From the NCBI GenBank assembly GCA_910576815.1, contig CAJTKA010000018.1, positions 5,485-69,484 of the forward strand: a stretch of 64,000 bases of DNA. The letters run 5' to 3'. Both the position numbers and the translations under genes were made by a program. The stretch comes from an uncultured Lachnospiraceae bacterium. GTDB lineage: Bacteria; Bacillota; Clostridia; Lachnospirales; Lachnospiraceae. This document shows, piece after piece, positions 40,373 to 50,596 of this stretch; the first letter of the stretch is position 1; every line of letters starts with the position of its first letter. The notes under the pieces are model-generated. The model was given only the letters and a program-made list of their open reading frames with translations. It had not been told where the DNA came from and did not search any database.

Positions 40373-41545
40373 TTAATCGAGGTTAAATTCGACTCCGTCA
40401 GTGAGCATCTTCCAGATAATCCTGACGAGCTTGCCGGCACAGTGCCCGAGGGCATTATAGTGAGACCGGCCTTCCGCCATCTTTTTGTCATAATAAGCTT
40501 TGAAGGTGGCGTTGTTCTTAACAACATTGTGTGCTGCGTTAATGAGTGCGTATCTGAGCACCCTTGAGCCGCGTTTGGACATTCTGGTGCGTCTGGCACT
40601 GTAATTGCCGGACTGGTAAACAGAAGGGTCTAAACCGGCAAAAGCAAGCAGCTTTGAGGGGCTGGGGAAACGGTGGATGTCACCGATCTCTCCAAGTATC
40701 ATCCCGCCGTTGATGTAACCGATACCCGGAATGGTCATGATGACAGAATCATTAAATTTCATGATTTCAGTCATTTCAGCCTCGACACTGTTTAACTGGC
40801 TATCCAGTAACTCGATCTGTGCAATAGAGTGGGTTATCTGAATAGATAGGGCGCTGTCATTGGCACCGACAGACTTCTGCGCGAGAACCCTTAATTCTTT
40901 TGCCTGTTCCTTCTTAAAGTGGCCGTGTGAGGCAGTCGCGAGAAGGTGGCTGAGATGGGTCATATGCATGGAAGCGATGTCCTGAGGCGTGGGAGCCTCC
41001 TTTAAAAGTGCATAGACAGCTTTCTGATGCAGGCCGGACTTGAAGAAATACTGCAGTTCCGGGAAGACCTGGTCAACATAGGAAGTCAGCTGGATCTTTA
41101 AGCGTGTCCGCTGCTTAATGGTCTTCTGGCGGAACCGGCCAAGCTGCTTAAGATCCATCAGGTCAAGGTCATAGAAAGAGACAAACCTGTAGGAATCCTG
41201 CATCATGAGTGTTTTGGCAATGATGAAAGTGTCAACTTTGTCCGTCTTGGTCTTGCGTATGTTATCTTTACGCATAACCGAGGTTTTGATGGGGTTTAGT
41301 ACACACACGTTGTAGTTACAGGCAACAAGGTATCTCACAAGGTTGTCGCCGTAGTGTGCCGTCGATTCAAGACCGATGATGATGCTGTCGTCTTCATAAG
41401 AAAGAGCAGAGAGACGGGAATCCAGCATTTGGAAGCCATCACCGTCATTCGTAAATTTGAACGGCTTCATGAGTTCAGTGCCATCAGAAGATATGGCTGA
41501 TGCAAAGTGGTTGAGCTTGGCAATGTCGATGCCTACGTAAATCAT
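40373..41545 (-). CDS. IS110 family transposase (DEDD recombinase)
   Basis: [50 protein letters not shown]. Confidence 0.95.
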   Translation of the reverse strand: MIYVGIDIAKLNHFASAISSDGTELMKPFKFTNDGDGFQMLDSRLSALSYEDDSIIIGLESTAHYGDNLVRYLVACNYNVCVLNPIKTSVMRKDNIRKTKTDKVDTFIIAKTLMMQDSYRFVSFYDLDLMDLKQLGRFRQKTIKQRTRLKIQLTSYVDQVFPELQYFFKSGLHQKAVYALLKEAPTPQDIASMHMTHLSHLLATASHGHFKKEQAKELRVLAQKSVGANDSALSIQITHSIAQIELLDSQLNSVEAEMTEIMKFNDSVIMTIPGIGYINGGMILGEIGDIHRFPSPSKLLAFAGLDPSVYQSGNYSARRTRMSKRGSRVLRYALINAAHNVVKNNATFKAYYDKKMAEGRSHYNALGHCAGKLVRIIWKMLTDGVEFNLD

Positions 41546-41589
41546 GAGGTTGTACCTCCCTTTCATAAAGTCTGATACCGTGATATCCA

Positions 41590-41800
41590 CCATCGATTAT
41601 CATCGTAGACTTGATTGAAATAAGAACTCAGGAACAAGAGGTTCCGGCTCATCCAGCAGATAAACAATTCAGATAAAGGCAGCGGCAATACACTCCTGTT
41701 GAGTAGTCAGGCTACAGAAAAAAATCAAAAGTCCACAGTATCTGAGTTGTATTGAACCACGATATTAAAAAGAAAGGAAGTTATGGTGTTTTTGCTTCTA
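41590..41800 (-). ncRNA. predicted IS110 bridge RNA (boundaries approximate)
   Basis: non-coding end downstream of junction -10; two stem-enclosed internal loops with segments matching the target and donor junction. Confidence 0.6.
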
Positions 41801-41821
41801 TAAACATCATACAAGAAAAAT

Positions 41822-42493
41822 ATGACTTTTAATGATATCTTTAAATCCAGTTTTTTAGAAAATGTAACACAGTTTTCACCGCTTGACACGCTGATTGGGA
41901 TGTTGGTTGCGCTTGTTATTGGCCTGTTTATTTTCATGGTCTATAAAAAGACGTTTAACGGTGTGATGTATTCGAGCAGCTTTGCGCTGACGCTGGTGGG
42001 ACTGGCTCTTGTGACAACCTTAGTGATCATGGCAGTGACCTCCAATGTTGTGCTTTCTCTCGGTATGGTGGGCGCGCTCTCCATCGTTCGTTTTCGGGCG
42101 GCGATCAAGGAGCCGATTGAAATCGTGTATTTGTTCTGGTCAATTGCGGCAGGGATCGTGATTGGTGCGGGCATGATTTCGTTGGCGGTGATTGGTTCAG
42201 CGATCATCGGTGTGATTCTGATTTTGTTTGCCAACCGCAGGGTGCATGAAAATCCTTACATTCTGATTATAAATTGTAAGGATGAAAAGGCGGAAGATAC
42301 AGCAGTGCAGATGGCAAAAACAGCGCTGAAAAAGTTTTTAATAAAATCCAAAACGGTGAGCAACGGCGGTATCGAGCTGACGGCGGAGGTGCGCCTGAAA
42401 GATGCAGCCACTTCCTTTGTCAATGCCATTCAGAACATAGAAGGGGTGGATCATGTTACATTGGTTAGCTACAACGGCGAGTATATGTCTTAA
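41822..42493 (+). CDS. DUF4956 membrane protein
   Basis: SNVVLSLGMVGALSIVRFRAAIKEP; VTC-DUF4956-CotH context. Confidence 0.88.
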   Translation: MTFNDIFKSSFLENVTQFSPLDTLIGMLVALVIGLFIFMVYKKTFNGVMYSSSFALTLVGLALVTTLVIMAVTSNVVLSLGMVGALSIVRFRAAIKEPIEIVYLFWSIAAGIVIGAGMISLAVIGSAIIGVILILFANRRVHENPYILIINCKDEKAEDTAVQMAKTALKKFLIKSKTVSNGGIELTAEVRLKDAATSFVNAIQNIEGVDHVTLVSYNGEYMS

Positions 42494-42511
42494 TGAATTA
42501 AGGAGAAAACT

Positions 42512-44251
42512 ATGATTTCCCACAAACATATCACAAAGATCATCGGTGTGATGATGGCGGCTGCTGTCGCGCTTTGCTTTTGGATGATGGTATTTTCGCA
42601 GGAAGTAGTAGAGACGTTGGGCGGCGTTCAGGTGCCGATGGCGTATGAGGAGGCATTGTTTGATGTGCAGGAACTGATGCAGATCGATATTCAAATGGCG
42701 CAGGATCAGTGGGAGGAAATGCTGAAAAATGCCATGGCGGAAGAATATTATTCCTGTGATGTGGTGATCAATGATGCAAAAGTGTGCAACGTCGGGATTC
42801 GTCCGAAGGGAAATACAAGCTTATCGGCAATTGCCATGGACCCTGATACGGATCGATACAGTTTTAAGCTGGAGTTTGATCATTATGTGGAAGGGCAGAC
42901 CTGCCTCGGTCTTGATAAACTGATCCTGAATAATAATTATGCGGATGCCACCAACATGAAGGAGGCTCTCGTCTATGATATGTACCAATATCTGGGGGTA
43001 GACGCTTCCTTATATAACTATGCCAAAATATCGGTGAATGGGGAATATTGGGGCGTCTATCTGGCGTTGGAGGCTGTGGAGGACAGTTTTTTGATGCGCA
43101 ATTATGGAACGGAGGACGGCAGCTTGTATAAACCTGATAATATGCAGATGGGAGGCGGCGCAAAGAGCGGCGGCTTCGGCGGACAGCCTCCACAGCCCAG
43201 GGAGAAGGAAGCACCTGACGGAAACGGACAGCCGCCGCAGGGGATGGATTTTCTGGACGGGGAAATGCCCCAATTTGGAGGGGGCATGCCATTCGGCGAC
43301 GACTTTGATTTCGCAAAAGACATGCCGTCGGATGGAAATAGTTTTCCGAATTTCGGGGAAGGTCAGGACTTTGAGAAAGCAGATTTTCCGGGCGGTGGAA
43401 AACATGACTTTACAGGCGGTTTTTCCATGGGCGGCGGAGGCGGCGCAAACCTTAGCTACACCGACGATGAACTTTCCGGTTGTTCTGATATCTGGGAGGG
43501 CGAGGTGACAGATACGGGCAAGGCGGATCACAAAAGGGTGGTGATGGCTCTTAAAAATATCAGCGAGGGAACTGAGCTGGAAACGTATTTGGATGTGAAT
43601 AATGTTTTGAAATATATGGCGGTGCACACTTTTTCCGCAAATATGGATAGCCTCTCTGGGAATATGGCGCATAATTATTATTTATATGAAGCCAATGGGA
43701 TGTTGAATATCCTGCCGTGGGATTATAACCTAGCTTTTGGGGGAATGAATATGGGGGCGGAAAATAGCGCGTCGGATGTCATAAATGATGCAGTGGATAC
43801 TCCTTTTGACGGAACAAAATTTTTTGATGCCCTATTGGAGAATGAAGAATATCTTTCCCGCTATCATAAGTATTTGCAGCAGTTGACACAGGAGTATGTT
43901 TTTGGCGGAAGGTTTGAGGAGGTTTATCAAAGGATTCGCGGTCAGATCGATACGCTGGTGGAAACGGACCCAACCGCGTTCTATTCTTATGAGGAATACG
44001 AGGCGGGCGCAGAAATGTTGTATCAGACGGTAATGCTGCGGGCGGAAAGCATTGAGGGACAAATTGACGGCACAATACCTGCTTCGGATGAGGGGCAGCG
44101 TGCGGATGTCTCAAATCTGGTGGATGCCTCGAATATCGACATCTCCGTTATGGGAGTGATGGATATGGGAGGGGGCGGAATGCAAAAAGGCCCGAATGCG
44201 CGAAAGGAACATCAGGCAGATGGAGGAGATGTGAAAAACCATATGAGGTAG
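42512..44251 (+). CDS. CotH kinase family protein
   Basis: GIRPKGNTS, GLDKLILNN, GVYLALE, HNYYLY, PWDYNLAFG; Gly/Pro-rich insert. Confidence 0.88.
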   Translation: MISHKHITKIIGVMMAAAVALCFWMMVFSQEVVETLGGVQVPMAYEEALFDVQELMQIDIQMAQDQWEEMLKNAMAEEYYSCDVVINDAKVCNVGIRPKGNTSLSAIAMDPDTDRYSFKLEFDHYVEGQTCLGLDKLILNNNYADATNMKEALVYDMYQYLGVDASLYNYAKISVNGEYWGVYLALEAVEDSFLMRNYGTEDGSLYKPDNMQMGGGAKSGGFGGQPPQPREKEAPDGNGQPPQGMDFLDGEMPQFGGGMPFGDDFDFAKDMPSDGNSFPNFGEGQDFEKADFPGGGKHDFTGGFSMGGGGGANLSYTDDELSGCSDIWEGEVTDTGKADHKRVVMALKNISEGTELETYLDVNNVLKYMAVHTFSANMDSLSGNMAHNYYLYEANGMLNILPWDYNLAFGGMNMGAENSASDVINDAVDTPFDGTKFFDALLENEEYLSRYHKYLQQLTQEYVFGGRFEEVYQRIRGQIDTLVETDPTAFYSYEEYEAGAEMLYQTVMLRAESIEGQIDGTIPASDEGQRADVSNLVDASNIDISVMGVMDMGGGGMQKGPNARKEHQADGGDVKNHMR

Positions 44252-44308
44252 AATAGGAAGGATTTCTTGCACATAAGATGAAATAAGAGTTTGCGCAAGA
44301 GGGCCTTT

Positions 44309-44920
44309 ATGCTGAACTATATCTGGGCATTCATGATTTTGATTGGCGTCGTGTACGGCGCATTTACGGGGAAGATGGCGGAAGTGACGAACGCTGCGCT
44401 GGATTCTGCGGGCGATGCGGTGTCCCTGTGCATCACCATGATCGGTGTGATGGCGCTGTGGGTGGGCTTGATGGAAATTGCGCAGAAATCGGGCCTGATT
44501 GCAAAGCTGACGAGAGGGATACAGCCCTTTATCAGCTTTCTTTTTCCGCGCATTCCCAAAGGGCATCCCGCAAGAGAATACATTGCTACAAACCTGATTG
44601 CCAATGTACTGGGGCTTGGCTGGGCATGCACGCCTGCGGGATTGAAGGCGATGGAGGAGTTGGCGAAACTGGAGGCGGAGCGGGGAAATCCGGAATATCT
44701 GCCGGAGGGCGGAAATGTCAAAGGCAGAAAAGCAAGCAATGAAATGTGTACTTTTTTAATACTTAATATTTCGTCCTTACAGCTAATACCTGTCAATATG
44801 ATTGCGTACAGGAGTCAGTATGGGAGCGTGAACCCGGCGGGGATCATTGCACCGGCAATCGTGGCAACGTCTGTCAGTACGCTGGCGGCGGTAGTGTATT
44901 GTAAATTAAAAAGGAAATAA
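44309..44920 (+). CDS. spmA: spore maturation protein A / nucleoside recognition domain protein
   Basis: MLNYIW, ANVLGLGWACTPAGLKAM, NISSLQLIP. Confidence 0.8.
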   Translation: MLNYIWAFMILIGVVYGAFTGKMAEVTNAALDSAGDAVSLCITMIGVMALWVGLMEIAQKSGLIAKLTRGIQPFISFLFPRIPKGHPAREYIATNLIANVLGLGWACTPAGLKAMEELAKLEAERGNPEYLPEGGNVKGRKASNEMCTFLILNISSLQLIPVNMIAYRSQYGSVNPAGIIAPAIVATSVSTLAAVVYCKLKRK

Positions 44921-44925
44921 TGCAG

Positions 44926-45162
44926 TCATTCTCCCAAGATCTGCATGATTTTATCATAGTTTTCCAGCCGATGGGGAAAGGTGCAGTCTGAACAGTCTTT
45001 CGTCCTTTTCCCGTTCGTTTCGAAATACTTAGGATTTCCGGGACAGGTTTCCCTCAGATACAGCGGGCAGTAACAAAATAGACAGTTAAAATCCGCAAGC
45101 CCCTTATGACAGGGAAAATATTGGCATTCTTTATTTTCAAAATAGCGAGATGAATTTTCCAT
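44926..45162 (-). CDS. cysteine-rich small metal-binding protein
   Basis: CQYFPCH, FNCLFCYCPLY, KDCSDCTFPH. Confidence 0.8.
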   Translation of the reverse strand: MENSSRYFENKECQYFPCHKGLADFNCLFCYCPLYLRETCPGNPKYFETNGKRTKDCSDCTFPHRLENYDKIMQILGE

Positions 45163-45175
45163 TTTTTCTCCCGAT

Positions 45176-45850
45176 TTATGAAACAACTCCAAAAATCCTG
45201 GTGTATCCGTAAGGTAAAGGCAGGTCGGTCATTCTTTTCCTAATCAGGTTATTTTCTTCCATTCTGTTGGGACAGGATTTATTGCTGCAGCCAATGCAGA
45301 TTGCCTGGCAGTGTATGGCTTCATTCTGCGTCAATTCCGAGATAAAGACCACGCTCTTTTTTGGCTGCATACAAAAGGCGGCATTACATGTGATTTTGGG
45401 CGTAAGAATTTGTAAAAGTCCAGGCAGCATTTCCAAGGGAAGTTCGTTCTCGCTGCCCGGGAAATGATAGCGTGCCACATGTTGTGTGGTATGAGCAGCG
45501 ATATTTTTGTTATAAGCTTCGTATCCGTGCAGTAATAATTCACTCGCCAACACTTCAACAATATAACTCTCCAGCAGCAATCCTTTTTCAACATAGCTTT
45601 CCTGTAGGAGATCCACGCCGTTTCCAAGAGACATGGCAACGCATTCATACGCTTTGTCAGGCGGTTTATTTTCCGGCGAATACGCTTGTCTGACGTAAAA
45701 GGCTTCTTCCGCTATGGTGGGCAGCATTTCTTTTGCAACCGTTTGAATTTTTACGGTTTGTTCTTCACTGAAATGAAATTTATCTTGTACCTTTTTCACA
45801 AAATGAGCGGAAATAAATTCATCCAGTAGTTCAGGGAAAAAAATTTCCAT
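45176..45850 (-). CDS. B12-dependent methionine synthase activation-domain-like protein
   Basis: VAMSLGNGVD, MQPKKSV, C-terminal CxxCxxxxC. Confidence 0.55.
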   Translation of the reverse strand: MEIFFPELLDEFISAHFVKKVQDKFHFSEEQTVKIQTVAKEMLPTIAEEAFYVRQAYSPENKPPDKAYECVAMSLGNGVDLLQESYVEKGLLLESYIVEVLASELLLHGYEAYNKNIAAHTTQHVARYHFPGSENELPLEMLPGLLQILTPKITCNAAFCMQPKKSVVFISELTQNEAIHCQAICIGCSNKSCPNRMEENNLIRKRMTDLPLPYGYTRIFGVVS

Positions 45851-45918
45851 TTAATGATCTCCTATTAAGAGTGTTTATGATGTGTTACTTTAGCAGGAAA
45901 TGGTAGCAGCGAAACTAG

Positions 45919-47238
45919 TTAGGAAGAATGTAAAACATGTGCTTGATGATTATGTTTAACGATCTTATAAAGTTCCTCCGTCGCCAGTCTCGCCTTTGCC
46001 ACAATATCCCCGCAGTCCTGCGGGAAACAGTAATACTGCGCCTGCTCGTTGCCGATGCTGATCATATCGCCGATCTCGTACCAGAAAAAGTCAGAGTACA
46101 GGCTGTAGGAGGCAAGCGGTTCCTGATGATAATCCAGTTTTCCTTCACAGCCCGTCAGATGAAAACCGTCCTTGGAATGAGTGAGGGTTCCTTCGCCCAC
46201 CTGACAGATCTGATCCGTGTTGACAAGCATATAGATTACGACGGGAATTTCCATGCGGTAGGTGCCTGACAGGATTTCTGCTCTGACACACTCCCGCTCC
46301 CACTTATACCAGTCGGGGATATGCGTAAATGTTTGTTCCGAACTTTTCGTCAGAGCATTGTCATTTCCGTTTATCAACTGTAAATACCCGTACTCTGTCA
46401 GCTCATATGTTATCCCACAATGACTACAGCAAAGAGTTGTACCCTGCCCCAGCATCTTTCCCTCCGTCAGACAATGCGGGCATTTATAGAGCATACGGTT
46501 CAGTCCGTCTGCGCGGAAGGGCTCTTTGATGCGTACTTTATTTTCCTGTTGCCAGCGGAAATAATCGAAGGTGAACTTCTCTTTCAGGATGTCGTTTAGT
46601 TCCTGCGGAGATTTTTCTTCGATTTTTTCGGGAGAAAGAAGGTACTCTACCTCGGCGGATACCCGCACCTTGCGAAGCTGGAGATTATTGTATAAGGGGT
46701 CTCTGGCAAAAGCCCCTTCGGTGCGGATCATGACCACGGGAACCTTCAAAATCTTCAGGCATTTTCCAAGGCTTTCCGGCAGGGGCGTCTGCGTGCCATC
46801 AAAGCTGTAGCTGGCTTCGGGAAACATCAGAATAGAACTTTTCAAGGTTTTTGTGGCGTAGACCATATCGCGCACGAGGGTCACGTCGGTCATGAATTTG
46901 CGGGTAGGAATGCAGCCAATCATGCGCATCAGGCGGGGCTTGCCCACGAAGCCGTCCAGCGTGCAGATAATGTGAAAGGGGCGGGTGCATAAAAGTCTTG
47001 CTGCCACCTTTAGGTCGATAAAACTGGAATGGTTCATTAAGATCAGGCAAGGCTCGTTTTTGCCCAGCTTTTCGATGCCGATGAGACGGTAGGTAAAGCG
47101 CGTCCGCCAGAGATCCCAGAGGGATACGAGTAAGAGAAGAAGGCGGAACAGGAAGTATTGTCTGAGAGGTTTTTGATGCGCGGCCTGCGGAAGCGCAAGG
47201 GCTTCCTCGTAAGTCATTTTCGCGGTCTTTATCTTCAA
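45919..47238 (-). CDS. lysophospholipid acyltransferase family protein
   Basis: NHSSFID (HX4D), MFPEA; CPHC/CSHC Zn motif. Confidence 0.85.
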   Translation of the reverse strand: MKIKTAKMTYEEALALPQAAHQKPLRQYFLFRLLLLLVSLWDLWRTRFTYRLIGIEKLGKNEPCLILMNHSSFIDLKVAARLLCTRPFHIICTLDGFVGKPRLMRMIGCIPTRKFMTDVTLVRDMVYATKTLKSSILMFPEASYSFDGTQTPLPESLGKCLKILKVPVVMIRTEGAFARDPLYNNLQLRKVRVSAEVEYLLSPEKIEEKSPQELNDILKEKFTFDYFRWQQENKVRIKEPFRADGLNRMLYKCPHCLTEGKMLGQGTTLCCSHCGITYELTEYGYLQLINGNDNALTKSSEQTFTHIPDWYKWERECVRAEILSGTYRMEIPVVIYMLVNTDQICQVGEGTLTHSKDGFHLTGCEGKLDYHQEPLASYSLYSDFFWYEIGDMISIGNEQAQYYCFPQDCGDIVAKARLATEELYKIVKHNHQAHVLHSS

Positions 47239-47339
47239 AGCGGGTCTCCTTTGCAGGGGTGTCGTGGGTATCGTGCTGCTATCAGTTTACAGGATAACGG
47301 CGGTGATTGCAATTGCTTCTCAAAGCAAATGGATGTTAG

Positions 47340-47440
47340 AAGATATGGAATTTTTTTGCACATAGGAATAGCTTATATCAGTCTGGCTTTTGATGAACCA
47401 AATCTATTTAAGTTTCTTTGTATGAGTGGAGATAGCGGTT
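47340..47440 (+). pseudogene. TetR C-terminal (WHG-like) fragment
   Basis: FLHIGIAYISLAFDEPNLFKFLCM without HTH or clear start. Confidence 0.4.
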
Positions 47441-47620
47441 ATCAGGTCGGGGGTTATTAAATCATCAAAACAAATAGCGCGAAGCCGTATTCTGCAGACA
47501 GGAATAATCGGAATGGGCATACTTTTATTAGGAGCAGCTATATTGTTATTAAGGCTTCCGGACGATAAATGATACAGATGAGGCACTTCTGACGAAAAAT
47601 ACCTTGTTTTGTAAAACCGA

Positions 47621-47935
47621 TTGCTTATAATGATAGTAGAGAAAACAAGGGAGCAGAGAAACGGATGGCAGAACAGGATGATCTTAACAGAGTTGGAGAA
47701 GTTTTTGGAGAGCTGGTGCAGAATTTGTGAATACTATGTGATTCGTTCGCAGGCTGTAACGGGCAGATGCATTTGTCCCAAATGCGGATATGAGGATACC
47801 ATAGAAAATCTGGTAGATGGCTTTGATTACTGCCATACAAAATTTCATATACAGGATTTTGGCGGCAAAGTTCTCTCTGTTAAACGGCGGATACTGCGAG
47901 TATTGTGGCGGCAGGATGGACATGTTCCGATATGA
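47621..47935 (+). pseudogene. fragment of a Zn-ribbon containing protein
   Basis: CPKCG...LVDGFDYCHTKF segment; weak start, truncated appearance. Confidence 0.3.
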
Positions 47936-48027
47936 TTGGGTCATTACGGGATTTGGACAGGTTTGACCTGTCACGCTGATGCGCTGATGTTTCAAACGCG
48001 GGATCGTGGCGCTGGCATGGAGGAAAA

Positions 48028-48699
48028 ATGGAACGCATTCTGATCATCGAGGATGAAAAAGACGTCAATCAGCTATTGGCGCAGACGCTGCAAGGAAACG
48101 GCTATGAAACCGTATCCGCTCGAAACGGACTGGACGGCATCTGTGAATTGCAAAGCCAGCGGTTCGATATGGTGCTGCTGGATCTGATGCTTCCCTTTAA
48201 AAGCGGGGACGAAGTGCTAAAGGAGATTAGGAAGGACAGCGATATTCCGGTGATCGTGATTTCAGCGAAGGATCTGGTGGGGACGAAAATCGATCTGCTG
48301 ACATTGGGAGCTGATGATTACATCACCAAACCCTTTGACTTAGGGGAAGTGACGGCGCGGGTCATCTCTAACCTGCGGCGTTACCATAAAAAAGAGCAAA
48401 ATAAGCAGCTCTCCTATAAAGAATTAACACTGGATACCGAGAGCAAGACGCTGGCGGTGAATGGCGCCGCCCTGGAGCTGACGGCAAAAGAATACGGCAT
48501 TATGGAATTATTCTTACAATCGCCAAGCAAAGTCTTTTCCAAATCTTATCTCTACGAAACGATCTGGGGATATGAATATCTGGGAGATGAGAATGTCATT
48601 AAAACGCATATCAGCAACCTCAGAAGTAAGCTGAAAAATTACAGTGAAACGGAGTATATTGAGACTGTTTGGGGACTTGGATATCGGCTTGCGAAATAA
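48028..48699 (+). CDS. OmpR family response regulator
   Basis: IIEDE, LDLMLP, DDYITKPF, TVWGLGY. Confidence 0.92.
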   Translation: MERILIIEDEKDVNQLLAQTLQGNGYETVSARNGLDGICELQSQRFDMVLLDLMLPFKSGDEVLKEIRKDSDIPVIVISAKDLVGTKIDLLTLGADDYITKPFDLGEVTARVISNLRRYHKKEQNKQLSYKELTLDTESKTLAVNGAALELTAKEYGIMELFLQSPSKVFSKSYLYETIWGYEYLGDENVIKTHISNLRSKLKNYSETEYIETVWGLGYRLAK

Positions 48700-48700
48700 A

Positions 48701-48776
48701 TCTTGACCTTTTCTTTACACTTTTATTCAATTAGCAGGATTTTCTTAACACTTATCAAACCATTGGGCGCTATACT
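48701..48776 (+). promoter_or_regulatory. putative response-regulator direct repeats plus -10
   Basis: TCTTGAC-cttt-TCTTTAC (11-bp period), further TCTTAAC, TATACT at 48771. Confidence 0.45.
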
Positions 48777-48865
48777 TTCCGTAGGTTATTGCGAAACGCC
48801 TTTGAGGTTGTTGTGCGCTTTTGCGAATACCTAATAATTTACATAGCGGAAAGGAACGTTACAGT

Positions 48866-49798
48866 ATGAGCAGCATTATTTTGGAAACGAGAGATTTATC
48901 GAAGCAGTATAAATCTCAGTGGGCGTTAAAACACGTGAATCTGCGCCTGCAACAGAGAAGGATCTACGGGCTGATCGGGAAAAACGGTGCCGGGAAAACG
49001 ACGCTGATGCGCATGATCGCGGGTCTGGGATTTCCGACAGGGGGCAGTATTTTCTTATTTGGCAAGGAAAACCGCGGAGACTTGGAGGAGGAAGGCAAAC
49101 GGATCGGCTCACTGATCGAGGAACCGGCGCTGGTGGCGGGTATGACTGCCAAAGAAAATCTGCATCTGCAGTGTCTGATGAAAGGCATCCCAAATTATGA
49201 AGTGGAAAAGGAACTGTTGGAACTCGTCGGTTTGCAGGATACGGGGAAAAAGAAGGTAAAAAACTTTTCTCTCGGTATGCGGCAGCGGCTGGGAATCGCC
49301 GCCACGCTGATCGGCAATCCCGAATTGCTTATGCTGGACGAGCCCATTAACGGGTTAGATCCGACAGGCGTCATTGAAATGCGTGAGTTGATCAAAAAAT
49401 TGAACGCCTATGAAAACAAAACGATTCTGATCTCCAGTCATAATCTGCCTGAATTATATCAGGTGGCCACAGACTTCATTATTATCCACGAAGGGGAGAT
49501 TCGGGAGGTCCTTTCCCATGAAGAATTGGACGAACGCTGCAAAAGTTATCTTTCTTTGGAAGCCGTCGATGTCAATCGGCTGGCGACGGTATTGGAGGAA
49601 AAACTGCACACGCAGAATTTCCAGGTGATGCCGGACAACAGTATCAAGCTGTTTGATTGTTTGGATGAAAGAGAGCGGGTGGGGCGCGTTTTGCATGAAA
49701 ATGACGTGATTGTCACAAAAATGGCAGTGTGCGGGACAAGTCTGGAAGAATACTTCATGAGTGTCATCGGTGTGAAAGGAGAGAATAGAGATGCTTAG
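48866..49798 (+). CDS. BcrA-like ABC ATP-binding protein
   Basis: GKNGAGKTT, FSLGMRQRLGIA, LDEPINGLDP. Confidence 0.9.
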   Translation: MSSIILETRDLSKQYKSQWALKHVNLRLQQRRIYGLIGKNGAGKTTLMRMIAGLGFPTGGSIFLFGKENRGDLEEEGKRIGSLIEEPALVAGMTAKENLHLQCLMKGIPNYEVEKELLELVGLQDTGKKKVKNFSLGMRQRLGIAATLIGNPELLMLDEPINGLDPTGVIEMRELIKKLNAYENKTILISSHNLPELYQVATDFIIIHEGEIREVLSHEELDERCKSYLSLEAVDVNRLATVLEEKLHTQNFQVMPDNSIKLFDCLDERERVGRVLHENDVIVTKMAVCGTSLEEYFMSVIGVKGENRDA

Positions 49799-50552
49799 TT
49801 TATTACGCAGTGAATGGTATCAGGCTCGGAAATCATTGTCTTTGAAAATAGCAATTGGAGTGATTGTGGTTTTTTGTTTTTGGTTTGGCAGTAAATTTTC
49901 CGACGCGGCTCATGTGACAAATTTACAAGTTTTGTATTGGGGGAGCGCCATCTGTGAGTGGATGAGCGACGGCGCAATGGGACTGCTGCTGGCCAGTTTA
50001 TTTGCGGGTTGGATGATTGGCGGAAGTTTTGAAAATCGGGTGATTCAGGAATCCATTTCCTATGGAAAAAGGAGAAGCGCCGTTTATCTTGCCAAGATGA
50101 TCATGTATTCCCTCGTGGTGACTGTGCTGTGCCTGCTCTACTGGTGTGCGTCAGCGGCTCCGGCAGGAATCAAAAATGGAATGGGCACTGAGGAAATCTG
50201 TGGAAATCTATGTCACGTTTCTTATCTGTTTGGCATGATTGCCGCCGGCAGTCTGGCCTATATCAGTTTGTTTATGGTCTGCGGCGTGGTTGCATTTTAC
50301 GCGCGGAAGACAGGAACCACGATGGGCATCTGCTTTGTCTGCATTTTAGCGGGTGGAAATCTTCTGGCATCGGTCGTACCTGAAAAGATTGCAGAAATCA
50401 TCCGCTTCTCACCGCTTGCCCTGTATACACATGTTGCAAAAACGGATGTGACATGGTTTGATATCGGGCAGACCGCGGGCATCAGCCTGATTTGGATTCT
50501 TCTTTTTGGAATGGTCGGGTATCTTAAATTTCGAAAGACGGAACTAAAGTAG
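49791..50552 (+). CDS. ABC-2 type permease
   Basis: about 6 TM; SYGKRRSAVYLAK; follows ATPase. Confidence 0.85.
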   Translation: MLSLLRSEWYQARKSLSLKIAIGVIVVFCFWFGSKFSDAAHVTNLQVLYWGSAICEWMSDGAMGLLLASLFAGWMIGGSFENRVIQESISYGKRRSAVYLAKMIMYSLVVTVLCLLYWCASAAPAGIKNGMGTEEICGNLCHVSYLFGMIAAGSLAYISLFMVCGVVAFYARKTGTTMGICFVCILAGGNLLASVVPEKIAEIIRFSPLALYTHVAKTDVTWFDIGQTAGISLIWILLFGMVGYLKFRKTELK

Positions 50553-50596
50553 GGGAAGACAATCATGCGCAAAATTAGCGCAGAAATGAGGTTATT

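Larger units (their letters stand above)
40240..41815 (-). mobile_element. complete IS110-family element with duplicated AG (CT) core
   Basis: AG(A) at 40240 and 41814; removal restores AAGGGAG-AAAAAT-ATG of DUF4956; junction forms TTGACT-17-TATGAT. Confidence 0.85.

Noticed and set aside
43140..43450. Gly/Pro/Phe-rich insert in CotH
   Set aside because: Low-complexity linker of a kind common in this family; no discrete repeat unit.
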